Part shown: positions 10,458-22,638 of the stretch, one piece after another
How the letters are laid out: each line of letters opens with the position of its first letter
How positions within the stretch are numbered: the stretch's first letter is position 1
NCBI GenBank assembly: GCA_963708295.1
Contig: CAVPSJ010000011.1
Location: 224,001-288,000 of the forward strand
Reading direction: 5' to 3'
DNA from: an uncultured delta proteobacterium
GTDB taxonomy: Bacteria > Desulfobacterota > BSN033 > UBA1163
DNA length: 64,000 bases
Notes under the pieces: model-generated
What the model was told of the DNA's origin: nothing
Seen by the model: the letters and a program-made list of their open reading frames with translations, nothing else
Database searches by the model: none
Made by a program: the position numbers and the translations under genes

Positions 10458-10546
10458 ACTTCGATTACTGTGTTCTTACCAAATAAAAAGCAGAGGTGAC
10501 CGTTGCCTCTGCTTTGCCGAAGAAAGCCATGGGTTGGAGTCTCTCC

Positions 10547-10987
10547 TCAGATTCCGGTGTGACCAAATCCCCCTCCTTGCCTCTGGGTCGCCGGGAGATC
10601 GTCTACCTCTTCCAACGTTGTTCGGAAAATTTGGGAGATGACCATCTGTGCGATCCTTTCCCCGTTATGGATGGTGAGGGGCTCCCTTCCGAAATTGATC
10701 AAGAGGACACCAATCTCTCCGCGATAATCGGAATCGATCGTCCCCGGTCCGTTCACAATTCCAATCCCCTTCTGAACGGCCAACCCGCTGCGAGGTCTGA
10801 CTTGCCCCTCGAACCCTACCGGTATCGCTACCGCGATTCCGGTAGGAATGAGTCTTCTCTCTCCCGGTTCCAAGATCACCTCTTTCTCCAAAGAGGCGAA
10901 AAGGTCCATTCCGGAGGACCCTTCCGTCATATACTGAGGCAGGGGCACAGGACGATCTTTCCTCAACCGTTTGACGAATATTTTCAT
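10547..10987 (-). CDS. dut: dUTP diphosphatase
   Basis: GMDL, RPRSGLA, GTIDSDYRGEI and RQGGGFGHTG motifs. Confidence 0.95.
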   Translation of the reverse strand: MKIFVKRLRKDRPVPLPQYMTEGSSGMDLFASLEKEVILEPGERRLIPTGIAVAIPVGFEGQVRPRSGLAVQKGIGIVNGPGTIDSDYRGEIGVLLINFGREPLTIHNGERIAQMVISQIFRTTLEEVDDLPATQRQGGGFGHTGI

Positions 10988-11018
10988 CTTCGCCCTTCGC
11001 CCGCATCGCATTGACTTC

Positions 11019-12341
11019 TCACTTTCCCACCAGGCGAATCTTGTCCAAATAGTTTCCGTTCATCGGACCCAAAACGGTTAAACAAAATAATCGTTCATCA
11101 AAAATCTCATTGGCTAACTGGCGAACAGTTTCTTCCGTCACCTCGTCAATCCCCTTGAGGATCGTTTCCACCCGGAGGTAGGATTGGAAGTAGATCTCGT
11201 TCTTTGCCAGACGGGTCATCAAACTATCCGAACTCTCCATACTGAGGAGAAGATTTCCTTTCAGTTGCTCTTTTGCGGTTTGCAGCTCTCCGTTTTTCAA
11301 AGGTCCCTTCTTGATGTGGTTAAACTCGTTGATGACCAATTCGATGACCTCCTGAAAAGAGCCCTCGTTGGTTCCCGCATAAACGACCACCAGTCCCGAA
11401 TCGATGTAAGTCGGAAGATAGGAGTAGACGGAATAAGCCAACCCACGGTTTTCACGGATCTCCTGGAAGAGTCTTGAACTCATCCCCCCTCCCAGGATGG
11501 TGTTCAAAACATACGAAGCGAATCGAAGGGAATGGTTATACTGGAGCCCCCGGGTACCGAGACAAAAGTGAACTTGCTCTAAGTCCCGTTTCCGAACATT
11601 GGTCGTGGAGATCGGATCCGGTTTCCTCCTTCCCGTGGCTTTGTCCGATCTCGGAATCTTACCGAACGTCATCTCGATCATGTCGACCACCTGCTGGTGT
11701 TCCAAATTTCCAGCCGCGCAGACGACGATTCGGCCGGGTGGGTAGTTCTCCTTAAAGAATTGGTGAAGCTGATCTGGGCGGAACGATTGAACCAGCTCGG
11801 AAGTACCATAAATCGGAAAACCGAGCGGGTGGTCTCCCCAGCAAGCCCGGTTGAAAAGATCATGGATGTAATCGTCAGGAGTATCCTCTACCATTTTGAT
11901 TTCCTGAAGGATGACCATCCTCTCCTTCTCCACGTCTTTTAGATCCATAAGAGAATGAAGAAAAATATCGGAAAGCAGATCAACCGCCAGGGGCAAATTC
12001 TGATCGATCACTTTGGCATAAAAACAAGTGTACTCCCTTCCTGTAAAGGCGTTCAGGGTTCCACCCACAGAGTCAATTTCCTTCGCGATGTCAAAGGCTG
12101 TCCTTTTCTCCGTCCCTTTGAAAAGAAGGTGCTCGATAAAATGAGAAATGCCATTTTCATAGGGTTGCTCATCTCTGGATCCGGTGACCACCCACACTCC
12201 GATGGAAACCGAACGAAGGTACGGAATTTTCTCTGTAATCACACGGAGCCCATTATCGAGGACGGTCTTTTGATACCCGGATCCGCTTTCTGCCAAAAAT
12301 GGATTCATGGAATCGTGCATTTTCTTAGTTTTTGTTTCCAT
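11019..12341 (-). CDS. M16 (pitrilysin) family Zn peptidase
   Basis: HFIEH inverted zincin motif, NAFT, SSRLFQEIRE. Confidence 0.92.
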   Translation of the reverse strand: METKTKKMHDSMNPFLAESGSGYQKTVLDNGLRVITEKIPYLRSVSIGVWVVTGSRDEQPYENGISHFIEHLLFKGTEKRTAFDIAKEIDSVGGTLNAFTGREYTCFYAKVIDQNLPLAVDLLSDIFLHSLMDLKDVEKERMVILQEIKMVEDTPDDYIHDLFNRACWGDHPLGFPIYGTSELVQSFRPDQLHQFFKENYPPGRIVVCAAGNLEHQQVVDMIEMTFGKIPRSDKATGRRKPDPISTTNVRKRDLEQVHFCLGTRGLQYNHSLRFASYVLNTILGGGMSSRLFQEIRENRGLAYSVYSYLPTYIDSGLVVVYAGTNEGSFQEVIELVINEFNHIKKGPLKNGELQTAKEQLKGNLLLSMESSDSLMTRLAKNEIYFQSYLRVETILKGIDEVTEETVRQLANEIFDERLFCLTVLGPMNGNYLDKIRLVGK

Positions 12342-12374
12342 TCCGTTTTATTCCCTTAACCGCTTTTTGTCTCT

Positions 12375-14482
12375 CTACCCATTGCCCCCTGCACTCGGTT
12401 TCGCCTCCTTCAGGGCTGCCTTGCGGCTTAACCGAATGCGGCCCTGTGGATCGATATCAATCACCTTGACGAGCACTTCATCCCCTTCTTTCAGAACATC
12501 CGAGACCTCTTTCACGTGGCCCTCTGCCAGCTGGGAGATATGGACAAGACCATCGGTTCCCGGAAAAAGTTCGACAATGGCACCAAAACCCAAAATCCTA
12601 ACTACCTTCCCGTTATAAAGAGCGCCGACTTCAACTTCCTGGGTCAGCCTCTTGATCATATAAATCGCTTTTTCGATCGCTTCATAATTCGGAGAAGCGA
12701 GTTTCACCAGTCCCGAATCCTCCACGTCGACTTTCACGCCGGTCTGATCGACGATGGCTCGAATGTTCTTTCCCCCTGGGCCGATGACATCCCGAATTTT
12801 CTCCTGTTTGACCTGGAGGCTGACGATCCGGGGAGCGTGCCGCGAGAGGTCCTTTCGGGGTTCGGAAATCGTCTCGTTCATCTTCCCCAAGATGTGGCAT
12901 CTGCCCTCTCTGGCCTGGTCGAGAACTTTCTTCATAATCTCTTTTGAGATTCCCCGAACCTTGATATCCATCTGGATGGCGGTAACCCCTTCGGACGTGC
13001 CCGCCACTTTGAAATCCATATCCCCCAAATGGTCCTCATCCCCCAGGATGTCGGAGAGCACAGCGCTTTCGCCACCCTCCAAGATTAAGCCCATGGCAAT
13101 GCCCGCCACTGGGGCTTTGACGGGAACACCCGCATCCATGAGCGAGAGGCTTGATCCACAGACCGTGGCCATGGAGGAGGACCCGTTTGACTCCAGCACC
13201 TCGGAGACGATACGAATGGTATAGGGGAATTTTTCACTTGACGGAAGAACAGGCAGAATGGCCCTCTCGGCCAGTGCCCCGTGGCCAATCTCTCTCCGGC
13301 TGGGCGATCTCAACGGGGAGACTTCTCCCGTACTGAAAGGGGGAAAGTTATAGTGAAGCATGAAGGACTTATAGGTTTCTCCGCTCAAGGAGTTAATCTT
13401 TTGTTCGTCTTCGGAGGTCCCGAAAGTAACCACAGCCAGAACCTGGGTTTCTCCCCGCGTGAACAGGGCAGAACCGTGCGTTCTGGGGAGAATGCCCACC
13501 TCACAGGAGATCGGACGGATTTCGGAAAGCTTTCTCCCGTCGATTCTCTCTTTCTTTTCCAAAATCGATTTTCGGACCAGCTTGCGATAAACTTCTTCCA
13601 AGGCGGCCTTCGCCATCTTTTGAGAAACCTCATCCTCGGCCCCGAGTTCCTGAAAGGTGGACTGAAGGATCTCCTCCAATCGTTCTCTTCTTTTCCCCTT
13701 CTCTGTGATATGAAAAGTGTCCCAGAGTTTCTCTCCGGCGATGGCGTTCACTTTTTCATAAAGGCCCTCTTCCGGTTTCCGGAGCTCAAACGCTCGAGGC
13801 GGGAGGGCTAAGGCCGATTTCATCTGTTTTTGGACATCGATCACCGGTTTCAAAGATTGATGGCCGAATAAAATGGCCTCCAAAATCTCTTCTTCTTTAA
13901 CCTCCTTGGCGCTTCCTTCAACCATGATGATTGCGTCCTCACTCCCTGCCACAAAGAGGTCAATATCGCTCAGTTCCAATTCTTCATGCGTCGGGTTGAG
14001 AACGTACTCTCCGTCAATCCGACCTACTTTTGCCCCTGCAATGGGGCCTTCGAATGGGATATCGGAAACGGAAAGAGCGCTGGAAGCTCCAATCATGCCT
14101 AAGATGGACGGATCATTATCCTCGTCGGCAGAAAGAACGGTGGCGATAATTTGGATCTCGTTCTGAAACCCTTTCGGAAAAAGGGGTCGAAGGGGTCGAT
14201 CAATGAATCGAGAGATAAGGGTCTCTCGATCCGTGGGCCTCCCTTCCCTCTTAAAAAAACCGCCCGGGATCCTCCCGGCGGCATAAGTCATTTCCTGGTA
14301 ATTCACCGTCAGGGGAATGAAATCGAGCCCTTCGCGCTTCTTCTCGGAGGTCACAGCCGTCACCAGCACGACCGTCTCTCCGTACTGGACCATGACCCAG
14401 AACCATTCGCCTGTTTTGCCACCTTTCCTGTTTCTATGGAAAAGGGCCTTCCTCCCAAATCGACCTGTAGCTTTTGAACCAT
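12375..14482 (-). CDS. pnp: Polyribonucleotide nucleotidyltransferase (frameshift ~14397)
   Basis: [28 protein letters not shown] in the upstream frame; RREIGHG and SNGSSSMA motifs; KH and S1 domains. Confidence 0.95.
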
Positions 14483-14524
14483 ATGAATCTCTTCACTCCT
14501 TTTTTCATTGAGAACAGGTTGGCA

Positions 14525-14794
14525 CTACTTCCGCAGACCTAATCTGTCAATGACCGTTCGATAGCGATCCACCTTGTTCTCTTTAAGATAGTTGAGGAGC
14601 CTCCTTCGCTGTCCAACCAGTTTGAGAAGACCCCTTCGAGAATGATGATCACTCTTGTGTAATTTAAAATGTTCGGTCAGATATCGGATTCGTTCGCTGA
14701 GAAGAGCGATCTGAACCTCGGGAGACCCGGTGTCCTTTTCGTGGCTTTTGAATTGTTCGATGATCTCTTTTCTCTTTTCTTGAGCGAGCGCCAT
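14525..14794 (-). CDS. rpsO: 30S ribosomal protein S15
   Basis: [12 protein letters not shown] and [19 protein letters not shown]. Confidence 0.97.
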   Translation of the reverse strand: MALAQEKRKEIIEQFKSHEKDTGSPEVQIALLSERIRYLTEHFKLHKSDHHSRRGLLKLVGQRRRLLNYLKENKVDRYRTVIDRLGLRK

Positions 14795-14816
14795 GAAATT
14801 CCTCCTTCTTTGGAAT

Positions 14817-15808
14817 CTAATACGATATCTTCGGTGAGTACAGACTGCTTCCTTGGGGCTGAAACACTCTCAGCGGTCGAAGGGCCACCACCCCTGGAAG
14901 GGTCCAAGGAAGATCAGCCCCCCTCAATTCTGATTTCAAAATGGCTACCAACCCTCCTCCGGGAGAGGACATCTTGAGCCATTCTCCTTTTTCGAAGAGC
15001 CGGAAGGTTCTTGGCGGCAGAGATCCTGGACCATCATCTCCCTCCCAAAACGGGCTTTCTTCACCATCGGCTCGTCTCCGATCACCTCGGGTAAACCGGG
15101 CAAAGCTGCATTCAACGAGATCAACCAGGGCGAAAGGGCATCGGGCGCAGTGAGATCTTTCATCTTCTCCCAGGCGATCGCCTGATCAAGCGTGAAAGGG
15201 CCGCTTCGAACCCTTCTCAGGCTGAGAAGGTGAGCGCCGCATCCTGCCATCCTCCCGATGTCTCTTCCCAGGGCCCGGATGTAGGTTCCTTTCGAGCAGG
15301 AAACCTTAAAACGGACAAGGGGGAGGTCCACTCCCTCCGTCTGAATCTTGTAGATCTCCACCTCTCTTGGTTTACGCTCGACCTCCATCCCTTTTCTGGC
15401 CAATCGGTAAAGAGGCATCCCTTGCATTTTGACGGCCGAAAACATGGGTGGAATCTGACGAATCTTCCCCACAAATCCACGGAGGTGGGACTCAACCCTC
15501 TCAGGCTGAACATCCCTCCAATCCCGTCTCAGGACGACCTGTCCGGTACAATCATCGGTCGTGGTCTCTTCCCCCAGTTTAAGGACCGCTTCATATTCTT
15601 TCGGACCTTCCAACAAAAATGGAACCAGCTTCGTCCCTTCGTTGATCACAATCGGCAAAACTCCCGTGGCAAAAGGATCCAGGGTCCCGATATGGCCTGC
15701 TTTTTTAAGCCCAAATCGACGTTTGATCTCCCTGACCACATCCAGGGAAGTGATCCCTTCTGGCTTATCTACGACGAGGAGACCGTCAATTCCCCTCTTC
15801 TTCCCCAT
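14817..15808 (-). CDS. truB: tRNA pseudouridine(55) synthase (C-terminal frameshift ~15020)
   Basis: [14 protein letters not shown] and CSKGTYIR motifs; C-terminus continues in another frame to TAG at 14817. Confidence 0.92.
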
Positions 15809-16169
15809 TGGGCTCCTTTCCCCGGTGGATGTCTCGAATGACCTCTTCCATGTGAATCGCATATTCGATGGAAGGGTCGAATTGAAAGACGATTTCGGGA
15901 GTATACCTCAGGCGGAGACGCCGGCCCAATTCCTTCCGGACATATCCCTTTGCGCTGTTCAAACCCTCCTCCGAACTCTCCCTCTCCGCAAGGGTCCCTG
16001 CCACACTAAAATAGACTCTTGCAAATCGGCAATCTTCAGAAACGGTCACCTTGGTGATGGTCACAAAGCCAATCCGCGGATCCTTGATGGACCTCAGCAG
16101 CATCTGAGAAACTTCTTTTTGAATCAAATCCGCTACTTTTTCGGACCGTTTTCCTTCCATCCGAACCAT
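15786..16169 (-). CDS. rbfA: Ribosome-binding factor A
   Basis: IKDPRIGFVTIT and LRLRYTPEI motifs; operon context. Confidence 0.95.
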   Translation of the reverse strand: MVRMEGKRSEKVADLIQKEVSQMLLRSIKDPRIGFVTITKVTVSEDCRFARVYFSVAGTLAERESSEEGLNSAKGYVRKELGRRLRLRYTPEIVFQFDPSIEYAIHMEEVIRDIHRGKEPNGEEEGN

Positions 16170-16177
16170 TCAGAAAC

Positions 16178-16474
16178 CTAGAGCGAGATGATTTCAATTT
16201 CCGAGTGCACCATCTCGACCAGGTTCATTTGCTCAATAAAGTAGATCACTTTGTCCAGGCTTGAATTGATATGCCTTCGATCATTTCCAACCGTGCAGAA
16301 ACCCATCTGCGCTCTTTGCCAAAGGTCATTGTCTCCCACTTCTGAAATCGCGACGTTAAAACGGGTTCTCACCCGATCGATCAGCTTTCGGAGGACGTGT
16401 CGCTTTTCCTTTAAAGAATGATTTTCAGGAATCCGAAGGTCAAGTTTACAGACCCCGACCACCATCTTCCTCAT
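16178..16474 (-). CDS. DUF503 (YlxP) family protein
   Basis: SLKEKR and FNVAISEV motifs; between infB and rbfA. Confidence 0.9.
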   Translation of the reverse strand: MRKMVVGVCKLDLRIPENHSLKEKRHVLRKLIDRVRTRFNVAISEVGDNDLWQRAQMGFCTVGNDRRHINSSLDKVIYFIEQMNLVEMVHSEIEIISL

Positions 16475-16526
16475 CCTTCCCTTCTAGGAGTGTTTGGCTC
16501 TCTCGAGGAGACAACCTGATGGGAGA

Positions 16527-19124
16527 TCACGCCAACCGAGTCTGAACTTCTTCCATCTCATAAGACTCGATGACATCTCCCAGTTTAATGTCATTAAAAT
16601 TCTCAATCCCGATACCACACTCGAGCCCTTGATTGCAATCCTTCATGTCATCCTTGAATCGCCTGAGGGAAGTAATCCGGCCGTCGTAGACGACCACATT
16701 GTCTCGCAGCAATCGCGCATGGGATCCTCTGACCACTTTTCCATCGGTCACGAGACTACCCGCCACGGTTCCTATTTTGCGGATGTTAAAAACCTGGATC
16801 ACCTGCGCTCTTCCCAAAAGGTGCTCTTTGTAAGTGGGCTCCAGCAGTCCTTCCATGGCGTTTTTAATGTCCGTCACCGCATCGTAGATGATGGAATACG
16901 TCCGGATATCCACCTGCTCCTCCTCCGCCAAGGACTGAGCTTTCGGACCCGGCCTCACATTAAAGCCGATGATGATCGCGTTGGAAGCCGAAGCCAAATT
17001 CACATCGGTCTCTGTAATCCCGCCGACCGCATCGTGGAGGATGTTGACTTTCACGGCATCCGTAGACAGTTTTTTCAATGCCTCTTTCACGGCCTCAATA
17101 GACCCTTGAACATCCGCTTTAACAATGACATTCAACTCCTTTACTTCCCCTTTTTTGATCTTATCATAAAGCTCTTCTAAGGAAACTTTGCTTAACTTAG
17201 AAAGTTCCTTTTGACGAATTTTTTCTTGTCGGTGGAGGCTGATCTGCTTGGCCATCCTTTCTTCGGAAACGACAATAAAGGCTTCTCCGGCTTCGGGAAT
17301 ATCCGTAAATCCCACCACCTCCACCGGGGTAGAAGGAGAAGCTTCTTCTATCTTCTTCCCTTTATCGTCCAGCATCGCCCTGACCCTGCCGTAGTGGGAG
17401 CCGGCAATAAAGGCATCTCCTGTCTTCAACGTCCCTTCCTGCACCAGCAGGGTCGCCACCGGACCTCTCCCCTTGTGCAGTTTGGATTCAATGATCACCC
17501 CTCGCGCCGGTTTATCCGCGTTTGCCCTTAATTCCAAAACCTCTGCCTGAAGAAGAATGGAATCCAGTAACTCCTTAATTCCCGTCTTCTGCTTGGCAGA
17601 AACCTCGGCAAAGAGGGTCGTTCCTCCCCATTGTTCCGGAACAAGATCATATTCTGAAAGGTCTTTCTTTACCTTCTCCGGGTTTGCCGTCGGCTTATCG
17701 ACTTTATTGATGGCAACCACGATCGGAACCTTTGCCGCTCGGGCATGATCGATCGCCTCTTTCGTCTGCGGCATCATCCCATCATCGGCAGCAACCACCA
17801 AAACGACCACATCCGTCACCTGAGCTCCTCTTGCCCTCATGGCGGTGAAGGCTTCGTGGCCCGGAGTGTCAATAAAGACCACGTGTCCGTTCTCTAATTC
17901 GACATCATAGGCTCCGATGTGCTGAGTGATGCCCCCCGCTTCCCCTTCCACCACGTTCGTTTTTCGAATCGCGTCCAAAAGCATCGTCTTCCCATGATCG
18001 ACATGGCCCATGATGGTGACCACGGGTGGTCTGGGTTTCAACTGTTCGGGAAGATCTTCTTTCCTTTCCAGCAGGTCCTGCCGCTCCAAGGAGACTTTTT
18101 CTATCTCATAGCCAAACTCACCGGCCACCAAAGAGGCGACATCCGCATCGATGAGTTGGTTAATATTCACGAGAACGCCCATTTCCATCAACTTCTTAAT
18201 CAATTCCCCGCCTTTCACCCCCATCCGCTTCGCAAGATCCCCGACGGCGATGACCTCGGCGATTCGAATGATTCTCTTAATGGCTTTGGGAACCGTCACT
18301 TCTGTTTTCCTCGAGGTCTTCAGTACGACCTTTCTCTTCATGGGACGGAAGGTCTTGGGGATGGGTTCGGCTTCCTTGCCTTCGCCCTTCTCTGGCTCAG
18401 TTTCATCCTCCCCTAACATCCGTTCCTCTATCCGCTTTCTCTTTTTTATAAATCCTTTCTTTTTTGCGAGAGGTCCTTGTTTTTCTTTTTCAAGTAATTC
18501 TTCTTTTTCCAGCAGCTTTGCCGGAGGCTTGATCAAAAGGGCGTCCTTCGGCTTCGGTGCTTCAACCTCCTTTTTGACTTCCGCTGGCCCTTTCGCCTCT
18601 TTTAGGCCGACCGGAGGTTGCAGAGCCTCCGCCGGTCCCGCAGGCAGAATTTCTTTTACTTCAGCTTTAGCCCCGACGGAAATCTCAGGCTTTTCAGGCG
18701 CTTCCTTCTTCTTTCCTCTCCCCGCAGGCTGCTCCTCCTTCTTGGGCTCTCCTCTTTCAACCGGCTTTGCAATCTTCAGTTCAGCCTCGGTTCTTTCTTC
18801 GGTTTCTTTCGCTTGTGGAATTTTCCCTTGGGCTATTTCAGGAACAATTTCAGGCTTGACAACGGTCGACTCGGGGGCGGCCTCCACTTTCACTTCCAAA
18901 GTCCTCGCCCTTCTTCGAATCACCGTAGGTTTGACCCGCTTCTCAATGATTTCCTTCTCAGAATTCCTTTCAATGATCTTCTCATCAGATGAGGAGGCCT
19001 TTTTTTCTGGCTCGGGGGCCTTCTTATCCCTCATCTTTACCCCCATCCGTTTCAATTTCTGAAGCAGTTTATCATCCTCCATCCCCACTTCGCGTGCAAG
19101 ATCGAGGACCTTACTTTTTGTCAT
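16527..19124 (-). CDS. infB: Translation initiation factor IF-2
   Basis: [25 protein letters not shown] and NKVD motifs. Confidence 0.97.
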   Translation of the reverse strand: MTKSKVLDLAREVGMEDDKLLQKLKRMGVKMRDKKAPEPEKKASSSDEKIIERNSEKEIIEKRVKPTVIRRRARTLEVKVEAAPESTVVKPEIVPEIAQGKIPQAKETEERTEAELKIAKPVERGEPKKEEQPAGRGKKKEAPEKPEISVGAKAEVKEILPAGPAEALQPPVGLKEAKGPAEVKKEVEAPKPKDALLIKPPAKLLEKEELLEKEKQGPLAKKKGFIKKRKRIEERMLGEDETEPEKGEGKEAEPIPKTFRPMKRKVVLKTSRKTEVTVPKAIKRIIRIAEVIAVGDLAKRMGVKGGELIKKLMEMGVLVNINQLIDADVASLVAGEFGYEIEKVSLERQDLLERKEDLPEQLKPRPPVVTIMGHVDHGKTMLLDAIRKTNVVEGEAGGITQHIGAYDVELENGHVVFIDTPGHEAFTAMRARGAQVTDVVVLVVAADDGMMPQTKEAIDHARAAKVPIVVAINKVDKPTANPEKVKKDLSEYDLVPEQWGGTTLFAEVSAKQKTGIKELLDSILLQAEVLELRANADKPARGVIIESKLHKGRGPVATLLVQEGTLKTGDAFIAGSHYGRVRAMLDDKGKKIEEASPSTPVEVVGFTDIPEAGEAFIVVSEERMAKQISLHRQEKIRQKELSKLSKVSLEELYDKIKKGEVKELNVIVKADVQGSIEAVKEALKKLSTDAVKVNILHDAVGGITETDVNLASASNAIIIGFNVRPGPKAQSLAEEEQVDIRTYSIIYDAVTDIKNAMEGLLEPTYKEHLLGRAQVIQVFNIRKIGTVAGSLVTDGKVVRGSHARLLRDNVVVYDGRITSLRRFKDDMKDCNQGLECGIGIENFNDIKLGDVIESYEMEEVQTRLA

Positions 19125-19408
19125 CCCCTACCTCCCGTATCCCAAACCTTTACTCCCTCCTCAAAATCTCTTGCCGACGGAAATCGGAAATCCGCCACAT
19201 CCAAGCCCCTCGTTCCTTTTCTTCTTTTCTTTGCTAAGTCTAAACAGCGGTCTGAACAGAGGTAAAACCCGCGCCCCTGATGAGGCTCCTTCCCGTTCAC
19301 CACCACCACTCCGGACGCACCTCGGGTCAACCAGATCATTTCCTCTTTCTTCTTTTTCTCCCGACATCCAATACAAGTACGAATGGGAACATGGCCTTTA
19401 TTGCTCAT
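19121..19408 (-). CDS. YlxR/DUF448 family RNA-binding protein
   Basis: PIRTCIGC and GRGFYLC motifs; between nusA and infB. Confidence 0.85.
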   Translation of the reverse strand: MSNKGHVPIRTCIGCREKKKKEEMIWLTRGASGVVVVNGKEPHQGRGFYLCSDRCLDLAKKRRKGTRGLDVADFRFPSARDFEEGVKVWDTGGRG

Positions 19409-20883
19409 GCCTTCTTCCCCTCGACATAGTGTTTTGCAGACTCGATCAATTTTTCGGCCTTCTTGGTTCCGATTCCTGGAAGGTTGGAAAGTTTCTCCAC
19501 ATTCGACTCCAGAATATCGTGAACAGTCTTAAACCCGCCCTCTTCCAGTAATTGGGCCGTCTTTTCTCCTACTCCCTCCATCTGCCCCACCGGATCAGAG
19601 GCAGGATCCACAGCCATGGGGGCAGTTTCTGGGCCCGCCTTCGCCTCCTCTTCTTTCTGAGACAACCGCACCGCCTCTGCGACGATCTCCCTGGCCTTTT
19701 CTTTTTCAAGCCCCAAAACCCTTGCCAACTCTTCGGGATCAACCTCGGCCACTTCCTTCATCGACCGAAAGCCTTCGTTGTAAAGGATGCGGCTCGCCAC
19801 GTCTCCGATGTCAGTAAGCCCCTTAAACTTTTCCAGAATTTCGCTTGAGATTTTCTCCATCCTGGATTCGCTCTTAATGTCGATCTTCCAACCTGTCAAT
19901 TTTGAAGCCAAGCGTACATTCTGGCCCTTCTTCCCGATCGCAAGAGAAAGTTGGTCATCTGCCACGACCACTTCCATATGACGATTTTCCTCATCGATAT
20001 AAACCCTGGAAATCTTGGCAGGGGCCAAAGCATTACATACGTACTTGGCCTGATCTTGAACCCAGGGAATGATGTCGATCCGTTCCCCTCGAAGTTCCTG
20101 GACCACGTTCTGAACCCGGGAGCCTTTCATGCCTACACAGGCTCCCACCGGGTCCACATCTCGGTTTGAGCTGTAAACGGAGATTTTAGCCCTTTCCCCC
20201 GGTTCCCGGGCGGCACTGATAATTTTGATCATCCCCTCGGAGATCTCGGGCACTTCCATCTCAAACAACTTGACCACGAATCCTGGATGAGTCCTCGAAA
20301 GAAACATTTGGGGTCCTTTTGAGTTTTTCTGAACGTCGAGGATGTAGGCCCGAAGTCGCTCCCCTTGCCGATAGCTCTCCCCCGGAATTTGCTCCTTTGA
20401 TAAAAGAACCGCTTCTGCGCGTCCGATGCTGATATAGAGGTTTCCTTTCTCCATCCTCTGAACGCTCCCGCTTACCAGATCCCCTTTCCGATCCTTGAAC
20501 TCATTGAAAACATTCTCCCGCTCAGCGTCTCGCACTTTCTGGATGATCACCTGTTTCGCTGTCTGGGCTCCGATCCGGCCGAAGTCCGTGTTGAGTTTCA
20601 CTCCCAGACTATCTCCGATCTGAGCTTCGCTGTCCAATTCCCTTGCTTCTTTCAGGGAGATTTCCTCCGATGGATTCGTTACTTCCTCCACCACTTGCTT
20701 GAACTGAAATAGCTCCACTTCACCTACTTCCTCGTTAAAGTGGACTTCTATTTCCCCTTGGTGTCCATATTTTTTTCTTGAAGCAGTCAGCACCGCTTGT
20801 TCCAGCGCTTCGATGATCACTTTCCGATCAATCCCTTTATCCTTTCCCACTTGATCAATCACGTAACTGAGATTGGATGGCAT
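19405..20883 (-). CDS. nusA: Transcription termination/antitermination factor NusA
   Basis: FGRIGAQTAKQVI, DPVGACVG and AIGKKGQNVRLA motifs; C-terminal HhH repeats. Confidence 0.96.
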   Translation of the reverse strand: MPSNLSYVIDQVGKDKGIDRKVIIEALEQAVLTASRKKYGHQGEIEVHFNEEVGEVELFQFKQVVEEVTNPSEEISLKEARELDSEAQIGDSLGVKLNTDFGRIGAQTAKQVIIQKVRDAERENVFNEFKDRKGDLVSGSVQRMEKGNLYISIGRAEAVLLSKEQIPGESYRQGERLRAYILDVQKNSKGPQMFLSRTHPGFVVKLFEMEVPEISEGMIKIISAAREPGERAKISVYSSNRDVDPVGACVGMKGSRVQNVVQELRGERIDIIPWVQDQAKYVCNALAPAKISRVYIDEENRHMEVVVADDQLSLAIGKKGQNVRLASKLTGWKIDIKSESRMEKISSEILEKFKGLTDIGDVASRILYNEGFRSMKEVAEVDPEELARVLGLEKEKAREIVAEAVRLSQKEEEAKAGPETAPMAVDPASDPVGQMEGVGEKTAQLLEEGGFKTVHDILESNVEKLSNLPGIGTKKAEKLIESAKHYVEGKKA

Positions 20884-20954
20884 AACACATCTCTCCCTTT
20901 CTAAAAGCTCCCCGTCTAGCGCCAAGGCGTCGCGAGGTCATAGAAAACGGTATC

Positions 20955-21446
20955 TCACCTCGTACGGTGTTCCTTGCGGAACACGTCTTGGTCAACCTCC
21001 AGATTTGCTTTTGCCACATTGGAGAGGGGGATCTGGAAGATCCTTCCTTCCGCCTGTATCTCCACGCCGTTCTCGGATACCCCCAGGAGTGTTCCTTTGA
21101 ACTGCCGGCGATTCTCGATAGGATCGACGGTTTTGACTTTGACCAAACGATGAAGATACTTCATAAAATCCTTTTCGGTTTTCAGCGGACGGGTAAGACC
21201 GGGGGAAGAAACTTCTAGCGCGTACGAGGTTGGTATGATATCCTCCACATCTAAGCTCCTTCCGGCTTCCTGGCTGACCCGGGTGCAATCGTCAAGAGTC
21301 ACCCCTCCCTCTTTATCCAGAATCACGCGAAGAACCCATCCTCCAGATTCTCTTCGATACTCAATATCTACGACTTCCATTCCTTCGTTTAAGACGATAG
21401 GAAGAATGATTGCGCGGACCCGGTCTACAATCTCTCTCTCCATCAT
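20955..21446 (-). CDS. rimP: Ribosome maturation factor RimP
   Basis: GVTLDDC and LEVSSPGLTRPL motifs. Confidence 0.95.
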   Translation of the reverse strand: MMEREIVDRVRAIILPIVLNEGMEVVDIEYRRESGGWVLRVILDKEGGVTLDDCTRVSQEAGRSLDVEDIIPTSYALEVSSPGLTRPLKTEKDFMKYLHRLVKVKTVDPIENRRQFKGTLLGVSENGVEIQAEGRIFQIPLSNVAKANLEVDQDVFRKEHRTR

Positions 21447-21469
21447 TTCTTTCGCCGAGCGGCTCTTCT

Positions 21470-21500
21470 AAAAAAAAAGCGGGCAAACAGCCCGCTTTTT
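21470..21500 (-). terminator. rimP-leader attenuator hairpin
   Basis: AAAAAGCGGGC-TGTTT-GCCCGCTTTTTTTTT between a TTGCAT-N17-TATATT promoter (21525-21553) and rimP. Confidence 0.75.
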
Positions 21501-21624
21501 CAGCAGACCAACTAATTACACAAAAATATACTACAATTCGCGCGGGGATGCAAGAAAAAAGTTTATCCGACCGGTGTAAACTGCCTTGATCATTGCCGAG
21601 AATTCCGCGGATTTCATCCGGAGG

Positions 21625-22008
21625 CTAGTTCTCCTTCTTGAGAGAATTGGATTCTCCATGATCGGAACCTCGCAAAGATTGGATTTCTTTCTCCAGGCGT
21701 TCAATCGTTCTTTGTTTTTGGCGAAGACTTTTCCCCAACTGGAAACGCCTATAAAGATCACCTACACCCCCCATCAAAACTCCCAAAACGACAGAGCAGA
21801 GGATGACTAAAAAGAGAGGGACTCTTGGAATCTCAAAAAACTGATACTCATTCAACGGGGAGAGACCAAACCGGATGGAAACCTGCTCCGTGTTTTGTAA
21901 GAAAAAAAAGATGCAAACGGCAAGGATCACTACCATGAAAATAATTTTGACCCATCCCACTCTCTCATCCTCCTTTCTGGACGCCTTTTTTTCGCAAGAG
22001 ATCCCCAA
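21625..22008 (-). CDS. LapA/DUF1049 family membrane protein
   Basis: Two TM segments with FFFLQN and PLFLVIL, followed by a coiled-coil tail. Confidence 0.8.
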   Translation of the reverse strand: MGISCEKKASRKEDERVGWVKIIFMVVILAVCIFFFLQNTEQVSIRFGLSPLNEYQFFEIPRVPLFLVILCSVVLGVLMGGVGDLYRRFQLGKSLRQKQRTIERLEKEIQSLRGSDHGESNSLKKEN

Positions 22009-22474
22009 AAGCGGAGCGAAGCTTCTCGTAAGTTTCTTCTAGATATTCAGAAATAACTCTTGTTTCTCCGAGGACGGGCATAAAATTGGTGTCTCCCGCC
22101 CATCTCGGGACAATATGAAGATGAAGGTGGTCTTCTCCGGCACCCCCCATTTTTCCAATATTCATCCCAATATTGAATCCATGGGGACGGAGGCTTGCTT
22201 TCAGTGCGCGCACGGAAACCTTCAGTAACTCAAAAAGCTCCTTTGATTCTTCAGGATTCAATTGCTCCAGGTTAAGGCAATGGCGATTGGGGACGACCAT
22301 GAGATGCCCGTTGGTATACGGAAATTTATTCATGATCACAAATACATGTTGCCCCTGATAGAGAATGAGGCGTTCTTGGTTCTTTTTCTCTTTAAGTTTT
22401 TTGCAAAGGAAACACCCTCGCTTTTTTTTCCCTAAAATGTACTCCATTCTCCATGGAGCCCAAAGATAGTCCAT
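21965..22474 (-). CDS. HIT family hydrolase (Ap4A phosphorylase-like)
   Basis: LWAPWR, PYTNGHLMV and HLHLHIVPRW motifs. Confidence 0.92.
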   Translation of the reverse strand: MDYLWAPWRMEYILGKKKRGCFLCKKLKEKKNQERLILYQGQHVFVIMNKFPYTNGHLMVVPNRHCLNLEQLNPEESKELFELLKVSVRALKASLRPHGFNIGMNIGKMGGAGEDHLHLHIVPRWAGDTNFMPVLGETRVISEYLEETYEKLRSAFGDLLRKKGVQKGG

Positions 22475-22638
22475 GTCTTTTCATCCCTTCGCGCAATGAG
22501 ATCCACATTCCATTTTCTGCAAAGCATCTTGATGAGATCATGGCCTGACCTCTTTTCAACTTCCGTCGCTCGTTTCTGATGCCTCTTTTCGACAAGGCTC
22601 AGGCGCATTTGAGGCGTATCGATGCTCTCGCTGAAAAA

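Noticed and set aside
14390-14400. Programmed frameshift in pnp
   Set aside because: No slippery site, and similar indels are scattered across unrelated genes
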